Source: Alphaproteobacteria bacterium HGW-Alphaproteobacteria-18 (lineage in GTDB: Bacteria; Pseudomonadota; Alphaproteobacteria; Caulobacterales; Hyphomonadaceae). Taken from it: a DNA stretch of 64,000 bases. Every line of letters begins with the position of its first letter. Position 1 is the stretch's first letter. Of the stretch, positions 45,965-56,079 are shown one piece after another. A model generated the notes under the pieces. The model was not told the DNA's origin and did not search any database. It saw only the letters and a program-made list of their open reading frames with translations. The translations under genes were made by a program, and so were the position numbers. The stretch is taken from contig PHEH01000001.1 in the NCBI GenBank assembly GCA_002841155.1, forward strand, positions 297,825 to 361,824, written 5' to 3'.

Positions 45965-47083
45965 ATGGCCTGGACGAAGACCTATACCGGCGAAGAGCCG
46001 CTGCGCATCAATAAATGGCTGGCCCAGGAAGGCGTGTGCTCACGCCGGGAAGCCGATGCGCTGATCGAAAAAGGCCTTATACAACTGGATGGTAAGCCAG
46101 TGACGGTGGCGGGCGAGCGCGTTACCAAGGGGCAGACGCTGAGCCTGACAGATGCCGCTTCCCGGCGGCTCGACAATCAGCTGTCTGTGATCCTGAACAA
46201 GCCGGTGGGGTATGTTTCAGGGACGCCGGAGCCGGGGGAGATTCCGGCGATCCGGCTGATTTCAGAGGAAAACCTGTCGGGCAGCGCGCATGCTATCCCG
46301 CAGCGTTCGAACAAGATGGCGCCGCTCGGGCGGCTCGACAAGGATTCGCACGGACTGTTGATTCTCTCGGAGGATGGCGTGCTCGCCAAGGCGATCATCG
46401 GCCCGCTCAGCGACATGGATAAGGAATATCTTGTCACGGTGAGAGGCGATATCACGCGCGCGAAGGTAGAGCTTCTCCGGCACGGGCTTGAGTTGGATGG
46501 GCGGCAGTTGCGCCCGGCCGAAGTGACCCAGGAACGCGGTCAGGTTCTGCGCTTCGTCTTGAAGGAAGGCCGCAACCGGCAGATCCGGCGGATGTGTGAG
46601 CTGGTTGAGCTTAGAGTGTTGGATTTGCAGAGGATTCGGGTAGGGCCGATCCTGCTGGCGGGGTTGCCTTCTGGCAAATGGCGTCCGCTGGGCGCGAAGG
46701 AACGGGCCGCTTTGCTGGCCGCCGGCGCTGGCGAAGAGGTGCGGTCTGCGCCCACCCGGCGCGAGGATCGCCCTCGAACCAGTGACGCACCGAGGCGCGA
46801 GCGATCCGAGCCAAGGGGCGACAAACCCCGGACAAATCGGGACAAACTCGGACAGTTCGGGTCAAAACCCGGACAGGGGCGGCCAGACAAAGCGCGCTCA
46901 GGGCCCAAACCAGACCGGGTGGGCGCTAAACCGGCGAGGCCTGGAGCAAAGCCGGCGCGACCCGGCGCGAAGCCCGCGGCGGCATCGGCGCCTGAGGCTC
47001 CGAGCAACCGTCCTTCGGTGCTCAAGGGTGACAAGTTCAAGCGGACCAAACTGCCGCCCCGGGAACGCAAGCCGATCAAATGA
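45965..47083 (+). CDS. rluF: rRNA pseudouridine synthase, RsuA/RluF-like, with basic low-complexity tail
   Basis: S4 domain RINKWLA..GVCSRREAD, LNKPVG, GRLDKDS (catalytic Asp), EGRNRQIRRMC. Confidence 0.88.
   Translation: MAWTKTYTGEEPLRINKWLAQEGVCSRREADALIEKGLIQLDGKPVTVAGERVTKGQTLSLTDAASRRLDNQLSVILNKPVGYVSGTPEPGEIPAIRLISEENLSGSAHAIPQRSNKMAPLGRLDKDSHGLLILSEDGVLAKAIIGPLSDMDKEYLVTVRGDITRAKVELLRHGLELDGRQLRPAEVTQERGQVLRFVLKEGRNRQIRRMCELVELRVLDLQRIRVGPILLAGLPSGKWRPLGAKERAALLAAGAGEEVRSAPTRREDRPRTSDAPRRERSEPRGDKPRTNRDKLGQFGSKPGQGRPDKARSGPKPDRVGAKPARPGAKPARPGAKPAAASAPEAPSNRPSVLKGDKFKRTKLPPRERKPIK
46922..46981 (+). repeat. Coding repeat GAKPARP-GAKPARP-GAKPAA
   Basis: 21-nt period with synonymous codon differences. 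Confidence 0.9.
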
Positions 47084-47129
47084 TCTTTCCCCCGCGTGAC
47101 GGCTCGACGGGGAGGGCAGGCACCGTATC

Positions 47130-48203
47130 GTGAGTCACATGGATGGATTTCTCTCAGAACCGACCCAGTACAAGGGTCTGACTTTTCCGCATGGAACTCT
47201 GGCGCCCGAACCTGGCGAAGCGATCACGCTGGCGCCGGGGGTCGAATGGACGCGGATGCCGCTGCCTTTCTCGCTCAAGCACATCAATGTCTGGATACTT
47301 GATGACGGAGATGGCTGGACGATTGTCGATACCGGCATGCCGTTGCCGGATACAAAGGACGCTTGGCGCAAGCTGCTCGACGCCCGGGTAACGCCTGAAA
47401 AGCCGCTGAAGCGGGTGATCATCACCCATATGCATCCCGACCATATCGGCTGCGCTGGCTGGCTCTGTTACAAGTATGACGCCGAGTTGTGGATCAGCCG
47501 CCTGGAATACACGATGTGCCGGATGCTGGTTGCGGATACGGGCCGGGACGCGCCTCAGGCCGGCATTGATTTCTATGTGCGTGCCGGGTGGCCGCAAAAG
47601 GCCATCGACAACTACGTGTCCCGGTTTGGCGGCTTTGGGCGCGGCGTGAGCCAGATGCCCGATGCGTTCCGGCGCCTGGAAGATGGTGACCGGGTGCAGC
47701 TGGCCGGGCAGGAATGGCGCGTGATTACCGGTAACGGTCACTCGCCTGAGCATGTCTGCCTCTTCAGTGAGGCGTTGAATGTAGCGATCACCGGAGATCA
47801 GCTGTTGCCCCGGATTTCATCGAATGTGTCTGTGCATCCGACGGAACCGATGGCCAATCCTCTCGATGACTGGATCAAGAGTTGCGAGAAGCTGCTGCGG
47901 GAGTTGCCCGAGGATAGCTTCATTCTTCCAGCCCACAATGAGCCGTTTACGGGTGCGCACATTCGCCTGCGCAACCTGATCGCCGGGCATGAGACATCGC
48001 TGACACGCCTGCGACAGAAGCTGGAAAAGGGGCCTGTGAAGGTGCCCGAGACCTTCATTTCCCTGTTTGGGCGGGCCATCAACGATGACGAAATGGGCAG
48101 CGCGACGGGAGAAGCGCTGGCGCATCTCAACTATCTGATCCACCGCGGTGAGGTGAAATCCCAACCAGGCAGCGATGGCGCACTGCTATACAGCCTCGCC
48201 TGA
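47130..48203 (+). CDS. MBL-fold metallo-hydrolase
   Basis: THMHPDHIG (HxHxDH), GHSPEH, GDQLLP, PAHNEPF. Confidence 0.94.
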   Translation: MSHMDGFLSEPTQYKGLTFPHGTLAPEPGEAITLAPGVEWTRMPLPFSLKHINVWILDDGDGWTIVDTGMPLPDTKDAWRKLLDARVTPEKPLKRVIITHMHPDHIGCAGWLCYKYDAELWISRLEYTMCRMLVADTGRDAPQAGIDFYVRAGWPQKAIDNYVSRFGGFGRGVSQMPDAFRRLEDGDRVQLAGQEWRVITGNGHSPEHVCLFSEALNVAITGDQLLPRISSNVSVHPTEPMANPLDDWIKSCEKLLRELPEDSFILPAHNEPFTGAHIRLRNLIAGHETSLTRLRQKLEKGPVKVPETFISLFGRAINDDEMGSATGEALAHLNYLIHRGEVKSQPGSDGALLYSLA

Positions 48204-48311
48204 AGTGCTGTTTCGCCTCACATTGAATTGCAGTCTTGCAGGGCATTTCGCCTTCGCAAGGACATTGCTTTTCGTCTAAGACAACCCGGCTTGTGTGTGA
48301 TTGGGGTTTAA

Positions 48312-49160
48312 ATGACTGAGGAAAACAGCGTGCCGGTTGAGGCACCGCCACAAACGGGCCTTTGGGCAAAGGTTAAGCAGGAGCTGCGTGAGTGGGGCGC
48401 GACGCTTGCGATTGTGGCGCCTGCGTTCCTCCTTTTCACCGGGCTGCTGTATGAACAGCGCGTTATCCCTTCCGAAAGCATGGTGCCGACACTGGAAGTT
48501 GGCGACCGGGTCGCCGTTTCCAAATTTGCATTTGGCTATGGGCGCTATTCTCTGCCGCTTAGCATCGGACGCTATCTGCCTTTAGGGGAGGGGCGCTTCT
48601 TTCCAGGTACGCCTGAACGGGGCGATGTTGTCGTATTCGAGCACACACATTCTGACAGGGTCATGATCAAGCGGGTTGTCGGCCTGCCAGGCGATACTGT
48701 GCAGATGATCAATGAGGCGCTGGTGATCAATGGCCAGCCCATTGAAGCTGAATTCGTGCGCACCATTCAGTATGTGCCTGACCGGACTGATGTGATCGAC
48801 ACGGCGCATGAATGGCGCGAGACCATCGGCGACAAGACCTGGCTGACCCATCGCGGCCTGCGTGGCCATGCGGTTGATGACACAGCACTTTTTGTCGTTC
48901 CCGCAGGACATATGTTCCTCGTCGGCGACAATCGCAACAATTCCTATGACAGCCGGGAACTGTCTGGTCATTGTCCGCCTGTTAACGGGGTTGTGGACCG
49001 CGCGGGTTGCCCATTGAGGGTGGCGGCTGACGACGCATCCATTGGCTTCGTTCCGCTCGATCACCTCATTGGCCGGGCTGATACGGTGCTGATGACATTC
49101 CATCGCTGCAAGCTGCAAAACGATGAGCCGTGCCGCAAGCGCGTATGGAAGGGGCTCTGA
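48312..49160 (+). CDS. lepB: Signal peptidase I
   Basis: IPSESMVPTL (catalytic Ser), RGDVVVF, MIKRVVGLPGD (catalytic Lys), GDNRNNSYDSR. Confidence 0.96.
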   Translation: MTEENSVPVEAPPQTGLWAKVKQELREWGATLAIVAPAFLLFTGLLYEQRVIPSESMVPTLEVGDRVAVSKFAFGYGRYSLPLSIGRYLPLGEGRFFPGTPERGDVVVFEHTHSDRVMIKRVVGLPGDTVQMINEALVINGQPIEAEFVRTIQYVPDRTDVIDTAHEWRETIGDKTWLTHRGLRGHAVDDTALFVVPAGHMFLVGDNRNNSYDSRELSGHCPPVNGVVDRAGCPLRVAADDASIGFVPLDHLIGRADTVLMTFHRCKLQNDEPCRKRVWKGL

Positions 49161-49248
49161 CCCCGCAATCGGTATCTTGCCCGTTGCGGCCAACACCGCT
49201 AGTCGGGGGCTGACCGGGGGCGCGGGGCCTTTGCGGCAGTACGGAAAT

Positions 49249-49857
49249 ATGGCGATGCCCAACAAGACATCGACACGGCCGGGCCGCGGGCCGATCATCG
49301 TTTCCCGGCATGGCCGCCCCGCGCTGGATCGCAGTGCGGGCCCCCGCCTGCAATGGCGCGACTATGTCGACTGGTGGGCCCGCTATGAGCAGGGCCCTCT
49401 GGCGGACGGCCAGGACGCGCCGCAGGCCCTCAAGGATATCGTGGCGGACGCAGACATCGTTTTTGCTTCTGCACGTCTGAGGGCGCAGCAGACGGCCGAC
49501 AATGCCGCGCCGCACCTGCCGGCAACGTATGATCCGGTGTTCAATGAGGCCCCGCTGCCGCCACCGAAGCTGCATGGTTTTCGGGCATTGCCCAAGACCT
49601 GGAACGTGCTGGCCCGCACAGTCTGGTTAACCGGGCATTCGCTGGATGGTGAATCCGTGGGCGAGGCGCGCGTGCGAGCCCGCGCAGCTGCGCTGAAACT
49701 GCATGAGAGCGCAGCTGAGGCAAAGGTTTATCTGGCCGCACACGGATGGTTCAACCGGATGCTGAGGCCAGAGCTTCGCCGCCTCGGCTGGGTGTGTGTG
49801 CGCGATGGCGGGGATAGCTATTGGAGCTACCGCGTCTACGAATACCGTGGACAGTGA
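49249..49857 (+). CDS. Histidine phosphatase (PGM-like) family protein
   Basis: IIVSRHGRP (RHG motif), S..LRAQQTA, NEAP, LAAHGWFN. Confidence 0.85.
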   Translation: MAMPNKTSTRPGRGPIIVSRHGRPALDRSAGPRLQWRDYVDWWARYEQGPLADGQDAPQALKDIVADADIVFASARLRAQQTADNAAPHLPATYDPVFNEAPLPPPKLHGFRALPKTWNVLARTVWLTGHSLDGESVGEARVRARAAALKLHESAAEAKVYLAAHGWFNRMLRPELRRLGWVCVRDGGDSYWSYRVYEYRGQ

Positions 49858-49928
49858 CACGATTACGGTTGTAGCGCCCGTCAGCGGGCTTTAGACAATC
49901 AGCAACGGTTATTCAGAACAGGCGCGCC

Positions 49929-50174
49929 ATGTCGGATGCTAAGTCCAAACCCGTGGAAAAAATGAGCTTTGAAGAAGCGCTGGCGGAGCTTGAAGGCATC
50001 GTCCGGCAGCTGGAAGCAGGCGAAGTGGAGCTTGAAAAGTCCATCGCGATCTATGAGCGCGGCGCCGCGCTCAAGGCGCACTGCGACGCCCGCCTGAAAT
50101 CGGCCGAACTCAAGGTCGAGCAGATCGTTCAGGGGGCAGGTGGTCCGACGACCGAGCCCGCCTCTTTCGAGTAG
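49929..50174 (+). CDS. xseB: Exodeoxyribonuclease VII small subunit
   Basis: [34 protein letters not shown]...C...L. Confidence 0.98.
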   Translation: MSDAKSKPVEKMSFEEALAELEGIVRQLEAGEVELEKSIAIYERGAALKAHCDARLKSAELKVEQIVQGAGGPTTEPASFE

Positions 50175-50181
50175 GTTTGCC

Positions 50182-51093
50182 ATGATGGGGCCGGACAGGG
50201 GCGAAGTAACTGATTTTGAACAGCGCCTGACGGAAGTTGCCGATAAAGTAACCGTAGCGCTGGATCAGCTCATTCCGCCCGCGAGCGGCCCCGAAGCGAA
50301 TCTCATGCGCGCGATGCGTCACGCGGCGCTTGCCAATGGAAAGCGGATGCGGCCCTTCCTTGTGCTGGAGACGGGCGCCATGTTCGGGGCTTCGGAAAAA
50401 AGCCTGTTGCGAACAGCCGCCGCTCTGGAATGCGTGCATTGTTACTCTCTGGTGCACGATGATTTGCCCTGCATGGATGATGATGACTTCCGGCGCGGCC
50501 AGCCAACGGTGCACAAGGCATTCGACGAGGCAACGGCCGTGCTGGCCGGGGACGCCCTGCTGACCCTGGCATTCAAGATTCTGGCCTCAAGCGAAACGCA
50601 TGATGACCCGGCAGTACGTGTCCTGCTGATCGAGCGACTGGCAGATGCGGCAGGTGCGCGCGGCATGGTGGGCGGCCAGATGATCGACATGCTGGAAGAG
50701 AAAAGCCCCCGGGATCTCAATACGATAACCCGTATGCAGCGGCTTAAGACGGGGGCGTTGATTTCCTATGCGCTGGAGGCCGGCGGCATCATCGGGCACG
50801 CCCGGGAAGCAGAACGCAACGCGCTGGCAGGATTTGCCAATGACCTTGGCCTTGCCTATCAGATTGCCGACGACATTCTCGATGCCGAAGGGGATGAATC
50901 CATCGTCGGGAAGGCTGTCGCCAAGGACCGGGAAGCCGGAAAGGCGAATTTTGTTACACTTCTGGGTGTGGATGGCGCCCGTCAACGCGTGCGGCTTCTG
51001 GCCGCTCAGGCGAAGGAACATTTGGCAATTTTCCGTGACAAGGCCCAGATACTGCTGCATTCCGTTGATTATGTGCTGAACAGACCCCGCTAA
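50182..51093 (+). CDS. ispA: Farnesyl diphosphate synthase
   Basis: [42 protein letters not shown]; xseB-ispA-dxs order. Confidence 0.96.
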   Translation: MMGPDRGEVTDFEQRLTEVADKVTVALDQLIPPASGPEANLMRAMRHAALANGKRMRPFLVLETGAMFGASEKSLLRTAAALECVHCYSLVHDDLPCMDDDDFRRGQPTVHKAFDEATAVLAGDALLTLAFKILASSETHDDPAVRVLLIERLADAAGARGMVGGQMIDMLEEKSPRDLNTITRMQRLKTGALISYALEAGGIIGHAREAERNALAGFANDLGLAYQIADDILDAEGDESIVGKAVAKDREAGKANFVTLLGVDGARQRVRLLAAQAKEHLAIFRDKAQILLHSVDYVLNRPR

Positions 51094-51129
51094 AAGCGGG
51101 TACGTGACGGACAGGAAAAGCACGCAGAT

Positions 51130-53052
51130 ATGACAAAGACACGCCCCAACCGCCTCCTGGACGCTATTGATACGCCGTCCGACCTCAAAGGCCGCAGCCG
51201 CGCCGATCTGAAACAGATCGCGGCGGAAGTGCGCGAGGAAGTCGTCGATGTCGTGTCTGTCACAGGCGGGCATCTGGGGTCTGGCCTGGGGGTCGTCGAG
51301 CTGACGGTGGCGATCCATTCGGTGTTCAATACACCTGATGACAAGCTGGTCTGGGATGTCGGCCACCAATGCTATCCGCACAAGATCCTGACGGGCCGCA
51401 AGGACCGGATGCGGACGCTTCGCCAGGGTGGGGGGCTTTCGGGCTTTACCAAGCGCTCTGAGAGCGAGTTTGACCCGTTCGGCGCAGCTCATGCCGCGAC
51501 CTCGATTTCGGCCGGGCTTGGCTTTGCCAAGGCGCGTGATCTGCAGAACAAGGACAATCATGTCATCTGCGTGATCGGCGATGGGTCTATGTCGGCCGGC
51601 ATGGCGTATGAGGCGATGAATAATGCGGGCGCAGATCGTTCGCGGATGATCGTGATCCTCAACGACAATGACATGTCGATTGCGCCACCTGTTGGCGCGA
51701 TGAGCCATTATTTCTCGCGGCTGGTTTCCTCGCGGCCTTATCGGGGCCTGCGCCGGATAGCCAAGAAGGTGGTCCAGCCAATGGGTCTGGAGTCGCCGGC
51801 GCGGCGGGCAGAGGAATACCTACGTGGCTTTGCGATGGGCGGCACGCTCTTCGAGGAGATGGGCTTTTACTATATCGGCCCGGTCGACGGGCATGACCTT
51901 GATACGCTGCTGGACCTGCTTGAGAACATCAAGGCGATGCAGGACGGACCGATCCTGCTGCATGTGGTGACGCAGAAAGGCAAAGGGTATGCGCCGGCGG
52001 AGAACTCCGCCGACAAGTATCACGGCGTTTCGAAATTCTCGGTGGTCACCGGTGAGCAGGCCAAGGGCGCCAGCGGCCCGCCAAGCTATCAGAAGGTTTT
52101 CGGCCAGACATTGGCGACGCTCGGCGAAAGCGATGACAGGATCTGCGCGATCACGGCTGCGATGCCATCTGGTACGAGTACGGACATCTTTGGCAAGAAG
52201 TTCCCGGATCGGCATTTCGATGTGGGCATTGCCGAGCAGCATGCCGTGACGTTTGCGGCGGGCCTCGCCGCCGATGGTATGAAACCGTTCTGCGCGATCT
52301 ATTCGACCTTTCTTCAGCGCGGCTATGATCAGGTTGTGCATGATGTGGCGATCCAGCAGCTGCCGGTTCGATTTGCGATAGACCGGGCAGGCCTTGTCGG
52401 TGCTGACGGGGCGACCCATGCGGGCAGCTTTGATATCGGCTATCTGGGCGCGCTGCCGGGGTTTGTCTGCATGGCGCCGTCGGATGAGGCAGAACTGGCA
52501 CGGATGGTGCTGACCTCGCTTCAGATAGATGACCGTCCGAGCGCGCTCCGCTACCCGCGAGGCGAAGGCGTCGGTATCGAAATACCGCACCTTCTGACGC
52601 CACTGGAAATCGGTAAAGGCAGAATTGTGCGCGAAGGCACGACCATTGCCATCCTTTCTTACGGCACGCGGTTGCAAGAGGCGCTCAAGGCGGCAGACAT
52701 GCTGGCCGGCCAGGGGCTTAGTGCAACAGTTGCAGACGCCCGCTTTGCCAAACCTCTCGACAATGAGCTGATCGAGCGTCTGGCCAAAGAGCACGAAGTT
52801 CTGGTGACAATCGAAGAAGGTTCGCGCGGCGGATTTGGCAGTTTTGTGCTCGAACATCTTGCCAATTGCGGTGCGCTGGACTCTGGCCTGAAGATACGCG
52901 TTCTGACACTGCCGGACATCTTCCAGGATCAGGACACGCCAGCGGCCATGTATGATCAGGCAGGCTTGTCGGCACGCCATATCGCTGGGCGTGCGATCGA
53001 GGCCCTCGGGCGGGGAGACCTGTCGGCAATCGAGCGTCTGGCTACGGCCTGA
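51130..53052 (+). CDS. dxs: 1-deoxy-D-xylulose-5-phosphate synthase
   Basis: [50 protein letters not shown]. Confidence 0.98.
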   Translation: MTKTRPNRLLDAIDTPSDLKGRSRADLKQIAAEVREEVVDVVSVTGGHLGSGLGVVELTVAIHSVFNTPDDKLVWDVGHQCYPHKILTGRKDRMRTLRQGGGLSGFTKRSESEFDPFGAAHAATSISAGLGFAKARDLQNKDNHVICVIGDGSMSAGMAYEAMNNAGADRSRMIVILNDNDMSIAPPVGAMSHYFSRLVSSRPYRGLRRIAKKVVQPMGLESPARRAEEYLRGFAMGGTLFEEMGFYYIGPVDGHDLDTLLDLLENIKAMQDGPILLHVVTQKGKGYAPAENSADKYHGVSKFSVVTGEQAKGASGPPSYQKVFGQTLATLGESDDRICAITAAMPSGTSTDIFGKKFPDRHFDVGIAEQHAVTFAAGLAADGMKPFCAIYSTFLQRGYDQVVHDVAIQQLPVRFAIDRAGLVGADGATHAGSFDIGYLGALPGFVCMAPSDEAELARMVLTSLQIDDRPSALRYPRGEGVGIEIPHLLTPLEIGKGRIVREGTTIAILSYGTRLQEALKAADMLAGQGLSATVADARFAKPLDNELIERLAKEHEVLVTIEEGSRGGFGSFVLEHLANCGALDSGLKIRVLTLPDIFQDQDTPAAMYDQAGLSARHIAGRAIEALGRGDLSAIERLATA

Positions 53053-53159
53053 GCCATTGCCACACTAACATCACACTTCGGCCCTGTGCCGGTGCGGCCG
53101 GGCAGAGTATGCAGGAACCGCGAATACATATGATTCCGCGCGCATGAAGGAAGTTAGAC

Positions 53160-53801
53160 ATGATACGCCTTAGCTTTGCTGCCATAGCCTCCGCACTTGT
53201 GCTTGCCGCTTGTGCAACCCAGACCGACCCGGTCGAAACGCCAACCGCGACAGTGGTTGTTCCTTCCCAGTACGACCTCGGCATGAGCACCGCTGAAGAA
53301 CTGCGAGCTGCCGGGAATGTGCCCACGGCTATCCAGCGGCTCATGCAGTTGGCGGGTGATCCTGAGCTTACCTCCGTCCAGAAAGCGAATGTTCTCTATG
53401 AACTCGGTGTACTCAGCATGAGCGCCACCGGCTATGATGCGCCTGGCGCAGTTGGCTACTTCGATGAAGTGATTGCAAACCATCCTGAAACAGATGCAGC
53501 ACGCAAGGCGAAGGCAAAACTCCCGGAAGCCCGCGCGCAGGTTGAGGCACTCAACGCTGTTCTGGACTCTCCAGACTCGACCCATACAGAGCGCTTCTAT
53601 GCCTTGATGAATCTGGGCCGTCATCTCGATGCAATCGACATCATGACCCAATACTCAATTGAACCTGACAATGATCTGAAACTCGCGATGTATCAGATCG
53701 GGTATCTCTGTGATGAATCCGGCCTTACCGGGCAAAGCTACACCGTAGCAGACCGTGATGGGACGACGCGCAAACTCCGCTTTTGCGACTTCGGGAAGTA
53801 A
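53160..53801 (+). CDS. Hypothetical lipoprotein with TPR-like helices
   Basis: Lipobox LAA-C; NVLYELG...AVGYFDEVIANHPET resembles a TPR unit. Confidence 0.8.
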   Translation: MIRLSFAAIASALVLAACATQTDPVETPTATVVVPSQYDLGMSTAEELRAAGNVPTAIQRLMQLAGDPELTSVQKANVLYELGVLSMSATGYDAPGAVGYFDEVIANHPETDAARKAKAKLPEARAQVEALNAVLDSPDSTHTERFYALMNLGRHLDAIDIMTQYSIEPDNDLKLAMYQIGYLCDESGLTGQSYTVADRDGTTRKLRFCDFGK

Positions 53802-53845
53802 TTCCAAGCCGTCATCCGTCAATGGGGACAGTATGGAACTCAAAG

Positions 53846-53896
53846 GCTGCCGCCAGAGGGCACCACCCTGAAAAGGGGTGTGTCCTCTGGCGCAGC
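53846..53896. other. Long imperfect hairpin (about 22-bp stem)
   Basis: GCTGCCGCCAGAGGGCACCACCC-TGAAAA-GGGGTGTGTCCTCTGGCGCAGC. Confidence 0.8.
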
Positions 53897-54323
53897 ATTC
53901 TTCGGTACGCGGGTGCATTCAGCCCGGAAAAGACACTCTCAAAATCCGGAAGATCCCCTGCGGGTTGCCAAGGTGCCCATCAACCGCCTTGCGGTTTATG
54001 CACCCATTTACTCCGTACTCAGCGCGCCTGACTACACATTCCGCCCGATGCTCTTCAGAGGAGTGCAAGCGGGGGTGGGGCGAAACCAACCCAAAGACAA
54101 CGGTTCGCGCGGATGAGAGGCCGGTCCCCCTATCATTGTCAGCGGCTATCGCGCGCAAAATGTGAGCCAGAATAGGCCGGAGAATGGGTAATACTATTCC
54201 GCTACAGGGGATTTTTGTGTCCCTGCGAGGCATAAAATGACGTGGTGTCGCATTTGACCCTCTTCTATATCCGGCGTGTGCGTGGTTGTCTGGCAGAAGC
54301 AAACAAACATTTCGAGGAAACCC

Positions 54324-56075
54324 ATGTCGTCTGATCTTCTTCCCCCGAACTGGCCCGCAATGTCGGTCGCTCAGGCCAATGCCGCTCTGGCGGGACCGGG
54401 TTCACCCCTAGAACTGGAAGACGCGGTTATTCGCGGCGTTCCCATGAAGGTTTACAAGAATGCGCCGCCGAACATTCCCGTGATCCTTGATCTGGCGGCC
54501 CAGCAATTCCCCGAGCGCACCTACCTTGTCTACGAAAATGAGCGCGTCACCTTTAAGGCATTGCATCTGGCTGTCCGGAAGCTCGCGGCAGAACTGCGAG
54601 ATACCTATGGCGTCAAGAAAGGGGACCGCGTGGCGATTGTCATGCGCAACTATCCGCAATGGCCTCTGGGATTTTATGCGGCGCTGAGCCTGGGGGCGAT
54701 TGCCACGCCGATGAACTCCTGGTGGACCGCAGAAGAGCTGGAGTATGGGCTTTCCTTTGCGGGGGTCAAACTCGCGATCATGGACCTGCAGATATTTGAA
54801 CGTATCCGCGACCATCTGCACAAACTGCCGGATCTGCAAAACATCCTGATTGCCCGCGACTCTGCGGAGGAAATTGCGGACCCGCGTATCTCTTCGCTCG
54901 ATGCGATCGTCGGCCACCCCAATGATTGGGGCAAGCTGGCGGACGCCGGCCCGGCCGGGGTCGAGATTGGCGCCGATGACGATGCCACGATCATGTATAC
55001 GTCCGGGACAACGGGCAAACCGAAAGGCGCCTTGGCCACGCATCGCGCTGTCATCACCAACATGTTCAACTCCTCAGCCTGTCAGGCGCGCATGTTCCTG
55101 CGCAAGGGGGAACCGGTTCCCGCGCCTGATCCCGACGCGATGCGCGCAACCCTGATCTCCATTCCCTTCTTCCACGCGACAGGCTCCTTCGCGATCCTCA
55201 TTCCTTCTGCCCTGCGCGGGGACAAGGTGGTCGCTATGTACAAATGGGATGCGGGCGAGGCTCTGCCGATTATCGAAGGGGAGAAGATATCTGCCGTAGG
55301 CGGCGTTCCGGCGATTGCCTGGCAAATCCTGGAACATCCCGACAGGGACAAATATGACCTGTCTTCGATTCAGGCAATCTCGTATGGCGGGGCGCCGTCT
55401 GCGCCGGAGCTGGTTTCAACCATCAAGAAGCGTTTTCCCGAAGCTGCGCCCGGCAATGGCTGGGGCATGACGGAAACCTGCGCCACGGCGACGCTGAATA
55501 TTGGCGAGGATTATGTAAACCGGCCCTCCAGCGCGGGCGCGCCGCCGGCCGCCGTGGAACTCAAGATCTGCGATCCGGAAGGCAATGAAATGCCTGCCGG
55601 GGAAGTGGGCGAGCTCTGGTGCAAGAGCGCGGCGAACTGCCGGCTTTACTGGAACCGGCCTGATGCGACGGCGGAAACCTTCCGCAACGGCTGGGTGGTG
55701 ACCGGAGACCTGGCACGGATCGACGAAGAGGGCTTCCTCTACCTGGTCGACCGGGCGAAGGACATGCTGATCCGGGGCGGCGAGAATGTCTACTGTATCG
55801 AGGTCGAAAGCGCGCTCTATGACCATCCGGCAGTGATGGACGCGGCAGTCGTTGGTATCACGCACAAGATCCTTGGCGAGGAAGTTGGCGCGGTCGTGCA
55901 GCTGAAGCCCGGCAAGTCGGCGACCGAAGCGGAACTGCGCGCGCATGTGGCAGGGCAGCTTGCGGCGTTCAAGGTGCCGGTGGAGATACAGTTTCAGGAT
56001 GAGCCTCTGCCGAGGAATGCGAACGGCAAGATATTGAAGGCCGATCTGCGCCAGCGCTTCAAAGCAAGGCCGTAA
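54324..56075 (+). CDS. Acyl-CoA synthetase / class I adenylate-forming enzyme
   Basis: YTSGTTGKPKG, GWGMTE, TGDLARIDEEG, DRAKDMLIRGGENV, NANGKILK. Confidence 0.96.
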   Translation: MSSDLLPPNWPAMSVAQANAALAGPGSPLELEDAVIRGVPMKVYKNAPPNIPVILDLAAQQFPERTYLVYENERVTFKALHLAVRKLAAELRDTYGVKKGDRVAIVMRNYPQWPLGFYAALSLGAIATPMNSWWTAEELEYGLSFAGVKLAIMDLQIFERIRDHLHKLPDLQNILIARDSAEEIADPRISSLDAIVGHPNDWGKLADAGPAGVEIGADDDATIMYTSGTTGKPKGALATHRAVITNMFNSSACQARMFLRKGEPVPAPDPDAMRATLISIPFFHATGSFAILIPSALRGDKVVAMYKWDAGEALPIIEGEKISAVGGVPAIAWQILEHPDRDKYDLSSIQAISYGGAPSAPELVSTIKKRFPEAAPGNGWGMTETCATATLNIGEDYVNRPSSAGAPPAAVELKICDPEGNEMPAGEVGELWCKSAANCRLYWNRPDATAETFRNGWVVTGDLARIDEEGFLYLVDRAKDMLIRGGENVYCIEVESALYDHPAVMDAAVVGITHKILGEEVGAVVQLKPGKSATEAELRAHVAGQLAAFKVPVEIQFQDEPLPRNANGKILKADLRQRFKARP

Positions 56076-56079
56076 GCTT

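Noticed and set aside
51820-52980. 386-aa minus-strand ORF (likewise 50587-51708, 59396-60058, 62423-63130, 63140-63829)
   Set aside because: Fully antisense to dxs, ispA, metG and mmsA, which are unambiguous genes.
53880-54116. 78-aa plus-strand ORF in the large intergenic gap
   Set aside because: Starts inside the hairpin, has no RBS and no protein-like features.
54065-54135. Resemblance to group II intron domain V/VI (ACGGTTC ... CCCCCTAT)
   Set aside because: No GAGCCG/AGC triad or correctly paired domain V stem, and no RT gene.
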